NCBI RefSeq assembly: GCF_009914755.1
Contig: NC_060931.1
Length of the DNA: 64,000 nucleotides
Strand: one strand, 5' to 3'
DNA from: the human T2T-CHM13v2.0 reference genome, Homo sapiens
The position numbers and the translations under genes are program-made. Numbering within the stretch: the first letter of the stretch is position 1; every line of letters starts with the position of its first letter. The notes below the pieces were generated by a model, which saw only the letters and a list, made by a program, of their open reading frames with translations, did no database searches and was not told the origin of the DNA. Shown here piece after piece: positions 27,976-42,484 of this stretch.

Positions 27976-29558
27976 TCTAGAAGACTTTGAGTCAGCCAGC
28001 CTGGCTGCTGGCACAGAGGGCAGGCGGTGGATTTGAAACCTTAGAGGAGCCTTCCAGTCTACAAAAGTTCTTCCACTCACCTGTCTAGAATCTCATTCTT
28101 ATAGAGCCCTGCTCTCCCTCACACACCCTCCTGGGAGATGCGAACGGGAAGGATCATACATAAAACAATATCAGCAGTCAGCATAGTGTTGGGATCAGTA
28201 GACAGATCTCGTCCCCTTCAGGCAGCTACCAGGAGGAGACCAGTGGGAGAATTGGAGGGTCCTTCAGGAAGGCCCAGAGGTTGGAGCTTAGATCCTCACT
28301 TCCCAGGAGGGAACAGCAGACTCGCTGGAGCCCTGGGCAAGAGGCTCTGGGTGTCCTCGTGGACAGGGCAGCGAGGCAAATGGGAGCTGGATGCAGGAAG
28401 GAGGCTGGACACAGGGACACAGAACAGAACAGTTCCGGCTATCAGCAGCTTTCCCAACACCCAAGCCTGGTTTACAGGGAACATGGCTCAGCTGAATAAG
28501 CAAACACAAACTGGTGCCAGTTTTCTAATGAACATGCTTAGCCCTCACAGTGGGACTTGCTGCTTCCTGGCGACCAGTGAGTGCCTGAAGCCTCAGCCCA
28601 GGTGTCAGAGCAGGGCGGGGTGGGCCACTTGCTGAGGTCTTCGTGCAGCTGAAGCAAGGCCTGTAGAAAACATCCACAGCCACACTCACACCTGTCCTAG
28701 CTCCGTTTTTACCTGGAGCAATTATTTTAGCATAAGTTAGAAAGAAGCTGTGTTTTCACTTTGAATTTCCTGTGTATGGGGGAAACTCGCGAGCTCGTTG
28801 CTTGGCTACTTAGTACATTCCCAGCACTGTTTTGAGCGCTCTGCCAGTATTGGGTTCATTCCCCACAATAAGTGCTCTTTCAGACTCTTAACAAGTAAAA
28901 CAAATGTAATTACTTCCTTTGTGGTCCATCACAGATATGTATGCAATTTATAGATCCGAAAGTGATGTAAATGTGACCTGAACGGTTTTCTCATCTACAT
29001 GTGTATTTCAAGGCCATATTCCTACTGAGAAATCAAGTAATTGATCTGTACAATGGAGAAAATAGTTTTTAAAAGTAATTTTTGTTTCTTAAAAATAATC
29101 TCTTCTTTCATTCTCGAGATTTCCTGATGGTTGTGGTGCTAGAGAAGACACCCAACCCGGGGCTTTTCCTGCCTACCCCGTCCTGGGTGTGGGGCCTGAG
29201 GGGCGCCCAGGGCTGGGCTGAGTGTGTTTCTGCCTCCGGACCCATGGAGCAGCCCCTACCTGCCTTTGCTCTCTTACGGAGCTGTGAGAATTAAAACGCC
29301 ACTTGGAGGGAGCCCTGCGTAGAACTCGGAGTTGGAGGAGATGATGATGAAAGGGTGTTTATTTAAGTGGAATGAAAGGCATAGGCCTCTTGGGAGCCGT
29401 TACGTCACCAGCTGTGGGCAATGTCAGGAATAAATGGCTTTTTCCCACCTGAATTTATCATCTTTGGGGTTCTTTCCTAGCTCCCTGCTGCACAGTTCTC
29501 CTCCCAACACCTTCATCCCCTCAACCCCCGTTTCTGACCTTGCAGATTCCCTCCAGAG

Positions 29559-29776
29559 CAAGCTCGTCTAACTCGTGGCCCGCAGGCCACACGGAGCCCA
29601 GGAGGACTTGAATGCGGCCCAACACAAATTTATAAACTTTCTTAAAACATTATCAGATTTTTTTGCGATTTTTTTTTTAGCTCATCAGCTATCATTAGCG
29701 TTCATGTATTTAATGTGTGGCCAAGACAATTCTTCTTCCAATGTGGCCCAGGGAAGCCAAAAGTTTGGACACCCCG
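29559..29776 (-). mobile_element. MER30 hAT-Charlie MITE with 8-bp TSD-like flanks
   Basis: gcggcccaacacaaattt...caattcttcttccaatgtggcccagggaagccaaaagtttggacaccc; flanks ctccagag / ctctagat. Confidence 0.88.
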
Positions 29777-30787
29777 CTCTAGATGTTCTTGGCTTCCTTT
29801 TCCTGATAGAACTTTCCACTTCTGAGTCTCACTGCCTTCGCCTCCTGGTGTCCCCCAGAGAAGAAAGGCTCCTTCACATCACAGTCATGACTCGCAGAGG
29901 GGCCTTCTCCAGGCAACGTGGACTTTCCCCGTGGTCCTCAATCAGTGGGGGGAGTTTCAGCCCTGATGGAGGCGAAAGGGAGCAGGAAATGCCTTTCCTC
30001 TTTCATTCGCATCACACCGCAGAGTAGACGGCCTGTTCCATCTTCGCATGTTACAAGCAGATAGATCCTCAGTCATACCTCAGCCTGCCCTCACGGCCTC
30101 CTGGGAAGCAGAAGAACACCTCCCGGCCATGCGGGGGCGCTCTCTCATGTGCCACGCAATTCTTCCGGCTGCTCTGCCGGGACCCCGCCATCTCAACTGC
30201 CCGGAGGGCTCCACAGGGTCTCCTGTCCTAAACTTGGTCATCTTATGGAACCTCACAATTCTTCCACCTCTCTGAAAATGAGGAGCTCTGCGCTGGATCA
30301 GATCCCAAGCTTCCTACAGTGGCTTCTTCTTGCAGAATGGCCAGCCCCAGGCCGGTCGCACGGGTGCTCGTGGGACTTGGCTCTTGGTACCTGCCTGGCT
30401 GGGAACATGCGTGCTTCTCTCCGCCACCTCATCAGGATCCTCCCTTGACACCTGATCCCGTGTCCCCTTGTTCTGTGGGGCACTAGCCCGGCTCACAGTC
30501 GCTCATGCATTCCCGAACCTGTTCCCGGCATGCAGACCCTCAGAAAGATCTGTGCGTTCATGGCATGTGCCCTCCCTGGTCCTGGCAGCACCCGGCCTTC
30601 TCCACACCTCTGATCTGCAAACGAAAGCAGCTTCCTTTGTGTCATTTCACATGTTGTTCTCTCACTGGGTGATGCATTAGTCTTCTCTTTCCAAGAACAT
30701 AAACTTTTTAGAGGAAAAAATTGCAGTAATATAAACATCCAGCATTTACTGCGTGGTTAGCACGTGATAGGCATCATTCTAGGCGCA

Positions 30788-31046
30788 TTTTTTTTTTTTT
30801 TTTTTGAGACAGAGTCTCGCTTTGTAGCCCAGGCTGGAGTGCGGTGTTGCAATGTCAGCTCACTGCAACCTCTGCTTCCTGGGTTCAAGCAATTCTCTGC
30901 CTCAGCCTCCTGAGTAACTGGGATTATAGGCGCCTGCCACCACGTCTGGCTAATTTTTGTATTTTTAGTAGAGACGAGGTTTCACCATCTTGGCCAGGCT
31001 GGTCTTGAACTCCTGACCTCGTGATCCACCCTCCTTGGCCTCTCAA
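30788..31046 (-). mobile_element. 5'-truncated AluS inserted in a MIR
   Basis: Ends at ...ttggcctctcaa, lacking the first ~35 nt; TSD tctaggcgc on both sides. Confidence 0.93.
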
Positions 31047-31230
31047 TCTAGGCGCTTTACAATTTGATTTAATCCTCACAACGATCACACAAAGCACATT
31101 TTGTTATAATCCCGTTTTACAGATGAGAAAATTGAGGCCCGGAGAGGCAGGGTAGCTTCCCAAGGCTGCACGGGTTGTGAGAGGTAGGAGCTCACAGGAC
31201 AGATACTAGAGCTGCCTCTCTCAATCCTTT
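31047..31230 (-). mobile_element. MIR (continues at ~30735-30787)
   Basis: tttaatcctcacaac...cccgttttacagatgagaaaattgaggcc. Confidence 0.8.
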
Positions 31231-32007
31231 CCCTGTCCTGGCTCTGGAAGGCTCTGTACCATTCTCCTCCAGAGTCTGGAGTTCACAGTCATCAGGAATT
31301 GGGGAAAACTCCAGGAGAATGTGATGGAGCCCCCCAGTGCCAGCACAGGTTGGGGGGATCCGGCATCAGATTGACAGGGTTCAAACCCTGCTGCTCACCA
31401 GTGACCCGTGGTAAGCAGGGAGGTGGTGGGAATACCGTGGAATGAATGTGTCTTTTTCATAGCGTTCATCACCACTTGTCCCTGTCTGACCTGGCCTGTG
31501 GAATCTCATGCAGTAGGCCCTGTGAAATTAAGGTTACTCTACCCTATTGAGATCCAGCAAGAAAGACCTCAGATATTTCTTCTTGAATTGGAAGTTTTTA
31601 GCAGGAGGTCTGACAGCCATTTTTGTCAAACTCTCTACACAATTAATTTATTAATACGACATGGGCTGCAGGTCCAGTTGATGTGGCTGTAGTTGCACCC
31701 CAGAGGACTTACTTTGGGGTTCATGCAGGGAATCCCTGCTATGAAAGCACTGTGAGGTGCTGGGATGCTCCAGCAGCTTCAGTTGAGGGTCTATATGATC
31801 CAGGGGAGAGCTCATGGCCTGGAAGCCGGGAGACCCTCCCTCAGTCCTAATGCTGATGTGAACATGCTCTGTGATTGTAGGCAAAACACTTCATTTTTCC
31901 AAGCCTTTCTGTTGAATGGGCTGATAGCTCTAGAATTGCACAACTTAATTCACCATATAATTATGGACACTTAAACCATATTTCTTTAAATATATATTTA
32001 TGATCCT

Positions 32008-32428
32008 TGTGTTAGGCTGTTCTTGCATTGCTACAAAGAAATACCTGAGGCTGACTAATTTATAAATAAAAGAGGTTTAATTGGCTCATGCACCTGCAGA
32101 CTGTATAAGCATGGCACAGGCATCTGCTTGGCTTCTGGTAAGGGCTCAGGAAGCTTTCAATTATGGCAGAAGGGGAAGCCAAAGAGGGAGCTGGCCTACC
32201 ACATGGCAAGAGGGGGAGCAAGAGAGGGATGTGCCACACACTTTTAAACAACCAGATCTTTCGAGAAATCATCTACTGTCCCGAGGACAGCACCAAGGGG
32301 ATGGTGCTTAACCCTTCATGAGGGTCTCGCCCCTGTGATCCAATCACCTCCCACCAGGCTCCCCTTCCAAAACTGGCGATCACATTTCAACATGAGATTG
32401 GGTGAGGACACATATCTAAACTATATCA
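32008..32428 (-). mobile_element. MST (MSTB-like) solo LTR
   Basis: tgtgttaggctgttcttgcattgctac...ggtttaattggctc...tttcaacatgagattgg...aaactatatca. Confidence 0.88.
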
Positions 32429-32972
32429 ACCCTAACTCAAAAAAAAAAAAAAAGAAAAATCTGTGCATTGCTGTAGCAGATGCTTTTAAAAGTGTGTCCA
32501 CATTGACATTGAGAACGCAAAGAAAGTACTTTGAAATGATTTGCATCACGTTTCTTCCCTTCTGTCTTTTGTGGTTGTTAATTCAAGGCTCTTTAAGCAA
32601 TATCTGCATCATTTGAAACTTTAGTGAGTGTGGCAGAGTCTTGAACAGTGAACAGATCTATCCCAAATGCTTTCATCTATTCAGTCCTACTTCCAGTTGG
32701 CAAAATACAACTCTTATCCTTCTGATATTTTCAAGGGAGTTCAGGTGAGTTTAAAACCAATGGCGTTGCAGTGAAAAGCTTTTTCCTTATTATATTGGTG
32801 TTGAGGTTTCAAACCAGTTTGGTTATAGTAGATTTTCACTGTTTAAAATGGTTTTAGTTGGTGAATTTTTTTCATGCAGTAGATAGCTGTCAAATATATA
32901 CAATCCATAAAGTATGAAAACTGTGTGTAGGGTCTCTGGAGGAGTTTGCCGAAAGGAAGTAAGATGTTCCTA

Positions 32973-33148
32973 CCCCCACCCCACCCCCCGCATCACCTCC
33001 TTCGGGGCAGCCAGCCCCTCACAGTGGACTTGGTCCTTCCTCCCTCCTTGCATCAGACTTGCTCTAGTGACTAGGAGTCCCCCGAGGACAAAAGTGACCG
33101 GCAGCACGGACTCCCTGGCATCGAGGCACCTGAGACGGGAAGGACATT
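32973..33148 (+). repeat. Dispersed duplicate of 35052-35226 (~175 bp, ~93% identical)
   Basis: Manual alignment gives about 12 substitutions; offset 2078 bp. Confidence 0.95.
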
Positions 33149-34106
33149 GCTGACATAACTAAATGCCAGAGCCATACGTTTCTGAGTAGGCTTTGTCTAG
33201 AAAAAGAGTGAATAGAAGTCAAGGAGACAGGTGAGCTACAGATACCTGTGAGTTAAACCTGAGAATTTGAAGTGCATTTAAACAAACACTAAGTAGGTGT
33301 GTGTTGGAAATTTAAGTTTGCAAATCCGGGGAATAATTGGAAGATTGAACTAATATGTCTTTCTAAAAATCACTGAATTGAAACCAAAATAATTAAAACA
33401 TCTGTGATCTAAATTGTACTTAGTATGAGTTCATCATCTTGCATTAAGCATGAGTATTTGAAAGAGGTTAGGGAAGGCAATCAAAGAGTGAGGGGTACGT
33501 GTGTTCTACCCTGGGGGTCAGGGCAATCCCAAATTCTTCCTCTTTCTCCTCTTTAACCAGCTGAGGTGGAAGGTGAGGGGTGAATGCCCTCCCCACCCTA
33601 GGGCTCACTGGGGGCCTAGTTCCAGGCCCCACTGACCTGTGGGCAGGGTCTCTGCTCTAGCTGAACTTTTCTGCTGCAGGGTAAATTCTTGATCTTGATC
33701 ATCCTTCTGTGAAGATGGGGACAGCCAGATCATACTCATCTACGTTTGCACTGTGCGTGTTTTATGATAATACATGTCATTCTTTACCTGGCTCTTCTAC
33801 CAGAAGGAAGTTCCAAACTCTGAAGTGAACCTCTCCCAGCCCTGTCTAGGGGTCGTTTGCTAGGCCCTCCTGATTCTTCACAATGGTCTCCTAAAACAGA
33901 GAGGCCCAGGCTGGACCAGTGTTGACAACAGCGGTGAGGTCACTTTTGTTCCCCTGCATTCCAGGCTCCAGCAAGAAGATCCAGTTACGTTGTTCTTGTT
34001 TTGTTTTGAATAACAGAACTCTGCAACACACTTTTCTCAGCATCTATGATTGTTCAATTCTTTTTCTGATTTTTTTTTGTGCCCTCCCCAGTCTCCCTTC
34101 GGGCTC

Positions 34107-34244
34107 ATCTTTGTGGGTTGTTTCCCTCTGGCCCGCAGCGTTGCCCACGGTGAAGACCTGGTTGAACCAAGAAATCTCTGTGGGTTGTTTGTTTCCCTCT
34201 GGCCCGCAGCGTTGCCCATGGTGAAGACCTGGTTGAACCAAGAA
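34107..34244 (+). repeat. Two-copy tandem duplication (67 + 71 bp)
   Basis: gtttccctctggcccgcagcgttgccca(c/t)ggtgaagacctggttgaaccaagaa occurs twice. Confidence 0.95.
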
Positions 34245-34736
34245 GCCGTGGAATCATTAGGATATCAGAGTGCAGACCTGCCTGCTCCCCCACACTCAGG
34301 CTTCCCACAGGCTCCCTGGATGGGCAGCCCCTGCTGGAATTCCTCCAGAGCCTGAAACGTTGGCCACATTACAAAGCCGCGTTCTCCATCGCTGGGCACC
34401 TCTGCTCGTCCGACCGCCATCTGCTCCCTGTACCTTCTCCCCATTCGTTCTAGATCCACTCACAGCTCCTCCCGACAAACCACCAGGTCAGCTGATTCGG
34501 GGCCAGTGCACCCTCAGGCTACTATCCCTTATGATTTGCTTCCTGAGGACCCTCCCCTTCCTCAGACGAAAAGAGGTCAGCAGTGCAACACCTGATTTCC
34601 GAAAGTTAGTGCCAGGAAATGGAATCTAATTTGTTTTTATTTGAGAGGGGCGTTAGATGAAAGGAAGTATGAATGTCTCCCCTGGGGTCTGTGCTCTCCC
34701 TGCCCCTTCCCCTCTTCTGAGAGCCCTTCCTTTAAG

Positions 34737-34737
<1 letters not shown>

Positions 34738-34774
<37 letters not shown>
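34738..34774 (+). repeat. (TG)18 microsatellite
   Basis: Perfect run. Confidence 0.98.
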
Positions 34775-34775
<1 letters not shown>

Positions 34776-34849
34776 TGGATGGAGGAACCAGGGACCCCCC
34801 AGGAAAACCACAGAACAGAAGACACTTGAAACACAGCCCGTTCCCACTC

Positions 34850-35080
34850 CCAACGCCCCCCTGGCATCGCCTCCCCACCAATCCCCACCGCACCCTCAGC
34901 ATTGCCTCCCTCCACCCCCACCCCCACCCCACCCCCGGCATCACCTGCCCCCACCCCAACCCCACCCCCAGCATCGCCTCCCCCACAACCCCCACCCCAA
35001 CCCCTGCATTGCCTCCTCCCGCCACCCCCGTCATTGCCTCCCCCATCCCCACCCCACCCCACCCCCAGCACCACCTCCCT
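34850..35080 (+). repeat. C-rich degenerate minisatellite (core cccc..gcat(c/t)gcctccc + ccccaccc), about 7 units
   Basis: Repeated C4-C5 runs, which are G-tracts on the minus strand. Confidence 0.85.
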
Positions 35081-37379
35081 CGGGGCAGCCAGCCCCTCAC
35101 AGTGGACTTGGTCCTTCTTCCCTCCTTGTGTCAGACTTGCTGTAGCTACTAGGAGTCCCCAGAGGACAGAAGTGACCGGCAGCACGTACTCCCTGGCATC
35201 GAGGCACCTGAGACGGGAAGGACATTCGGCTCAAGCCCCTTCCTTCCCTTGGACGAGGACACGGGCCCCCCCAGTCACCTGTCCACAGCCACACCAGCTT
35301 CCCAGCAGCCCCACAAGGCCCGCCACAGCCTCTCCTCTTCCAGAAAATTCACATTTTAATTTGCAGCCATGAGAATAAGGATAGAATTTCTGGGAGCGTC
35401 TCAGTCTCTAAGGGAGAGGGTCCCTCTGCCTGGGTACCTCACCCTAGGAACTAGAGGTAGTAATGTAGGGACTGTTATTACAGGAACGAGGCTGTGCTCA
35501 GCAAATGCTTTTACTTCAACTTTCAGGACACCAAGAAAATGTGAGAGTATAATTTTCCAGGCTTGCGATGGACTGTATTGATCCTCTCCAACAGATTAAA
35601 AAAGAAATTGTTTCTCTTCAGTTGAATATCAGTTTTTCTTGAAGCTATTAACTGCCCATGGCCTGAATTTGAACTTTCTGTTTTTGATAAGTGTGAATGC
35701 TGCCAGTGAATAAATGAGATTCTCTGTGCTGTGCCCTCCTCTGCCCAAATATGGCTTTGCAGGAGCCAAACATCGGGAGCTTTCAAACATCTGTCCTTGA
35801 AAACGCAGCACTGTGAAACCCAGAGAGAGGCTGGGCTGGTTTTTGGGCAGAGATAAAGTGCCTGCTTCAATTTGATCCCAAAGTCTCATCACTGAAGTGT
35901 ATGTGCGGTTTTTGACATTTATTTGAAATGAGAGAGACATTTTACACATTTTAATTTTCATGTAATATTCCAGACTATAATTATCCATGACTGGCATTGG
36001 GATCTATTTCACCCCAAGCAAAAATAGAGCACACAAACTCTCTCGTAGTGCACCTGACATTGTATCCCGGAGCTGCTTTCTCCTTGGAAGTAGAATAGGC
36101 TCTGAATGATGTCAGAGATGTTCGTGTCTGTCTGAAACAGATGTTGGTGATGAACCCTGTTTGGCAAAAGGATTATAGATGTTGTCACAGGAAGAACCAA
36201 GTGCCAGGAGCAATTGTGCTGAAGGTGGAGCCTGCCCCTGACAATACCCCAAGCCTACATCTCTCTGGTTTTGTGGTCGTTTTTGTGGAGGGTGATTTTC
36301 TTATACATCTTCCTAATGGATGCCTACAAAGGCAGGCTGAACCTGGGAGCAGTGCCCATTATTCTAGCAAACAATTTAGGGAAACAACACCTGGATAAAT
36401 ACTCATCCACCTGGCCTCTCCTTCTCTGCCTCCTCTCTGTTCCTGTTGCCCACAAGATTGTGAAAGCCTAGATAGCAGGGACTGCACCCCACTCTTTGTA
36501 CATTGGGGGTAGTGCAGTGACTGCCGGCCCTTTCAGAACACGTGTGCACTTGTCCTGCCTGGGACATGGAAATGGGGAGTTAGGTCTTCCACCGACTAGG
36601 TGGAAGTTAGGTGTATAGTATTGATTTCACCTGAATGTCAGCGTTAGCCTCTCAAAACTTTTATGTTCTTGTTTGTTTGCTTATTTTTAAGGAGGTAGCA
36701 CAGAAGAAAATAAAAATCCTGACCACTAGGATGGATCGATGCTTACTCTACCTTTCAAAAGAGCAAACGGAACTTACTGTTGTTGAGTGATTATTGTGTT
36801 AGTTACTATCGGGTACCCGGCTGCGTGCATGTCATCTTTCGTAATCCTTTAAACGACCCTAGGAGGTGGGGTTAGAATGGTTGTCTTGGGGCTGTAGACA
36901 CTGTGGATTCCTGAAAAGTTGAGCCAATCTTGTTGGGGGCCTCCACGGCAGAGGCCTTGATTAGTGTGAGTGCTTACATGCACCTGTGCCAAGGTGTGAG
37001 CCTGACAGAGACTGGAGAGAGCAGTATGCCTTGTCTTCCTCCTTCTCCAATGCTCAGAGTTATCCTTCTTTTTCAGTCCTCATCTTAGTGAGGGCCACAA
37101 TTTCCAGCTGTCCTCTGCCCATCTCATCCCAGGACTGTTCACCGAGGACTCCTGCCCTCTGGGCCTCTGATGCCCTCCACCAGCTCCCACCCCACTGGGC
37201 TATTGAAACACCTGTCACCTTCCAGGCCCGCACGTGAGCACCTCCAGCCCGGGGAGCCTTCCTGCCCCAGGTGGCCCCCACGGGTCAGGCCACCTCCCCT
37301 TGACCCCCACGACTCTCACCCCTATCCCAACACTGTGGCCTAGGAACTCCCTGTCTGCTGGTCTGACTTCTCCACCCAC

Positions 37380-37586
37380 CAGCCGTTCTCTACTGGGGGT
37401 GATTTCCCTCCCAGGGACATTTGGAAAGCCTGGAGACGTTTTTGCTTGTTATGGCGGGTGGTGCCACTGGCATTTAGTGTACAGAGGCCAAGAGCACGGC
37501 TAAACGTCCTCCCATGCCCAGGACGGCCCCCAGGACAAAGGATTAACCACTCCAAAACGTCAGTCGTGCTGAGGCTGAGAAAGCCG
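37380..37586 (+). mobile_element. MER20 hAT-Charlie MITE inserted in an L2 3' fragment
   Basis: gggggtgatttccctcccagggacatttggaaagcctggagac...ctggcatttagtg...gtgctgaggctgagaaa; L2 tail gtgctcagtaaatgtttgctgaat at ~37650. Confidence 0.85.
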
Positions 37587-38645
37587 AGCTGTCCTGGACA
37601 GACCCCATGACTTGTATACCTCTGTTCTTAATGATTCGTACATAGAAGTGCTCAGTAAATGTTTGCTGAATATTGTTGAATAAACCTCCTGTTAACTTAG
37701 AAGAGTGAAGGAAATTCACATTCATCATACCTTCCATCACATCATTTGATACGCCTGATGTGTTAAATGTATTATCATCCAGCTAAACATCACCATGGAG
37801 AATTCTTCCCCACTCCCTGGCGCAGCAGGAGCTCCATCTCTGTGGAGTGAACTATGTTCTATATTTAGACGAAACTCTGTAGCCGGAGGTTGTAACTATT
37901 AGCTGAAGCTGTCACTCTATTTTATTTTATGTTTTCCCCTGAATATGCCACTTGGACTGTGGACCATGGTTAGGCAAACCACATTATTCTAAATTAACCA
38001 CGCTTAGTAAATGACCCTAACTTAAGAGCTACTTCATAGGCAACATTCTCATGACAACTTCCAGGGAATTTTTCTTCTATTGTTTGTTCAAAGAGACTTG
38101 AGTTAAGAAAAAAGAAAGCAGATTTAAATCAATACCAGTGAGGTCCCTTACAGTAAAATGGGAGGATTTCCAAGGACCAGAGACATCCAGCTGGGCAAAC
38201 TCAGTGGAAGAGAGAAAGTGTGTGGATAGGGAAGGTTTTTTTGAAACCAGCGAACAGTTACAATATAGAAAACAGTGCAATGTACCTTTAGCTAAGGGGG
38301 AGGGCTAGCAAGAATTTAGAAACACTTCTAGGCAAGGGAAATGTATAGATAACCTGTTGGCCAACTGCCTTCATTCTACCGAATAATTTTAAGGATTTTT
38401 AACATGTTATTTTATTTTATTAAAATTTTTTTAATGGAGTACTTTAGTTTTTCAGCTTATTGAGGTATAATTGACAAAAATTGTGTATATTCAAGGTATG
38501 CAATGTAATGTTTTGATATATGTGCACATTGTGAAATGATTACCATAATCAAGTAATGAATATTTTCATTACTTTACATAATTACCTTTTTTGTGTTGCA
38601 AATACTTAAGACTTACCCTCCTAGCAAATTTCGAGTATTCAATAC

Positions 38646-38646
<1 letters not shown>

Positions 38647-38676
<30 letters not shown>

Positions 38677-38969
38677 ATTATTTTATGATTTTGAGTCAGA
38701 ATCTTGCTCTGTCGCCCAGGCTGGAATGCAGTGGTGTGCTCTCTGCTCACTGCACCCTCTGCCTCCTGGGTTCAAGTGATTCTCCTGCCTCAGCCTACTG
38801 AGTGGCTGGGATTACAGGTGCATGCCACCATGCTAATTTTTTTATTTTTACTAGAGACAGGGTTACACCATGTTGGCCAGGCTGGTCTTGACCTCCTGAC
38901 CTCAATTGATCTGCCCGCATCAGCCTCCCGAAGTACTGGGATTACAGGCGTGAGCCACCGTGTCAGGCC
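38647..38969 (-). mobile_element. AluS with a (TTA)n tail
   Basis: TSD-like tcaatac(a/g)tt. Confidence 0.94.
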
Positions 38970-39126
38970 TCAATACGTTCTTTTTAATGACAGTCACTAT
39001 GCTGCACCTTAGGTCTCCAGAACCTTTTCATCTTGTAACTGCAAGGTTGTGTGCTTTGACCAACATCTTCCCATTCCCCCATCCCCTGGCCCCTGGTAAG
39101 CACCCTTCTGCTCTCTGCTTCTGTGA

Positions 39127-39716
<590 letters not shown>

Positions 39717-41172
39717 TCACTTCAAAGCCTTTGGCTGTATACTCAGAGCTGGGATTGCTGAATCATATGGTAACTCTAGTTTTAATGTTTTGAGGAACCT
39801 CCATACTGTTCTCCATTATGGCTGTACAATTTACATTCCCACCAACTGTGTACCAGCGTTCTTTGTTCTTCAGCCTCATCAACATTGGTTATCTCTCTTT
39901 TAAAAAAAAAATAATAACCATGCTAACAGGTGTGAAGTGATATCTCATTGTGGTTTGGATTTGTGTTTTCATGGTAATGATATTGGGCACTTTTTACATG
40001 CTTGTTGGATATTTGTATGTCTTCTTTAGAAAAATGTCTATTCAGGTTCTCTGTCCATTTTTAAAATTGATTACCTGTGTTTTTTTTTCTACTGAGTTGT
40101 GTGAGTTCCTTGTATATTTTGATATTAATTCCTTATTGAATATATGGCTTGCAAATACCTTCTCCTATTCTACAGGTTGCCTTTAATTCATTACTTTTAA
40201 TCTGCATGACTAATGGATAAGTTAGCCACTTCTCAGAAATGAAACTTATGAGCTATATTATAGCTCAGCATTCTTAATAGGAGTTCACAATTTCACTTTT
40301 GGATGATACTAAAATGGAATCAATTAATTAATTAAAAGCTGACTCATTCCAGAAAGGATTTCTGGAGTGAAATACACATAGTGTAAAATCAGGACAGATT
40401 TTACGGTCAACATAAGATAAAGGTAATATGAAGTCATCAGTGGAACCAATAGTCAAAAATGTACCATCAGGTTCTGCACAGCTGGTCAAGGTGAGTCAAA
40501 ACTCAGGGCTCAGTGTGCTTTTGCTGCAAAGCAAAGAGGATGTGGCCAAGTATAAGAGGTAGGCTGTCCCTAAGTTAAAGCCGTCAAGATGGAATTAATC
40601 AGTAATATCAGAAGCCCTTATCCCACAGATCTCCAAGAGAGCATGAGAATTAATCTTAATTGAATTAAGAAAAAAACAATGTTCATGAACCTTATCACAA
40701 GATAAATCAAATCAATTTTAACTTATATGTGGTTTTGGTAATTGTAGGAGTGAGGAAATGGCCAGCTTGTAAATATCTTTCAGAACTGGAAAGGCAGTTG
40801 CTAAACATCTCGGAAACATCACCCAGGTTAACCCTTGAGAATCCAATCAGTGTGTGAACATCTAAGAGTGACCAGCTTACCTCTATTTTTAGGCCTTGTG
40901 CAAATATGCTAGAAAAAGAAGAGTTTTTATTTCTCCACATTCAGCAGCCAAAATGTACAAAAAAGGCATGGATCAACTTTGGCCATCCTTATCCTCAGTG
41001 ACTTTCTGTACCTAAACCATAGGTTACGAAATTGTTATTAACTATCCAAGACGTTCTCTGCTTGTGAGACACTGGGAAACTGTCATCACACCTGTCGTTG
41101 TTCTGGAGTCTCAGACGGCAATCTTCTGAGGCAGGATGTGCCATGCGTGTATTCTGGAGGCGTCCCTAGAGT

Positions 41173-41804
<632 letters not shown>

Positions 41805-42154
41805 ACCTAGAACCACAATCAGATTCTCAAGTTGGTCTTTTGTCCCATGTATAAGAACTTCTGTCTTAGGACTTTATTGACATATTGATAATGCAATTTT
41901 ACAAAGAAAACACACATCACCTGAAATCTCTAATCCAGAGGTGGTTAACATTGTTAACATAATTTTGATATGATCTTTTCTTCTGTGTGCCTTCTGTGTA
42001 TGTTTATGTAAGGTGACTAAAGAAGTATATATTATTGTGCTTTATTAAAACTTAAATTACATCACAAATTTTCTCCTATACATTATTACAAGTTGAAAAA
42101 CGACATTTATGGCAAGGTAGTATTTCAACCATGCAAGCACCATAATTTATTTAA

Positions 42155-42484
<330 letters not shown>

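Noticed and set aside
32685-32744. 60-nt exon-like segment (ctattcag| ... cag|gtgagt)
   Set aside because: Good splice-like signals, but such pairs are common by chance and no partner exons or coding signal can be shown
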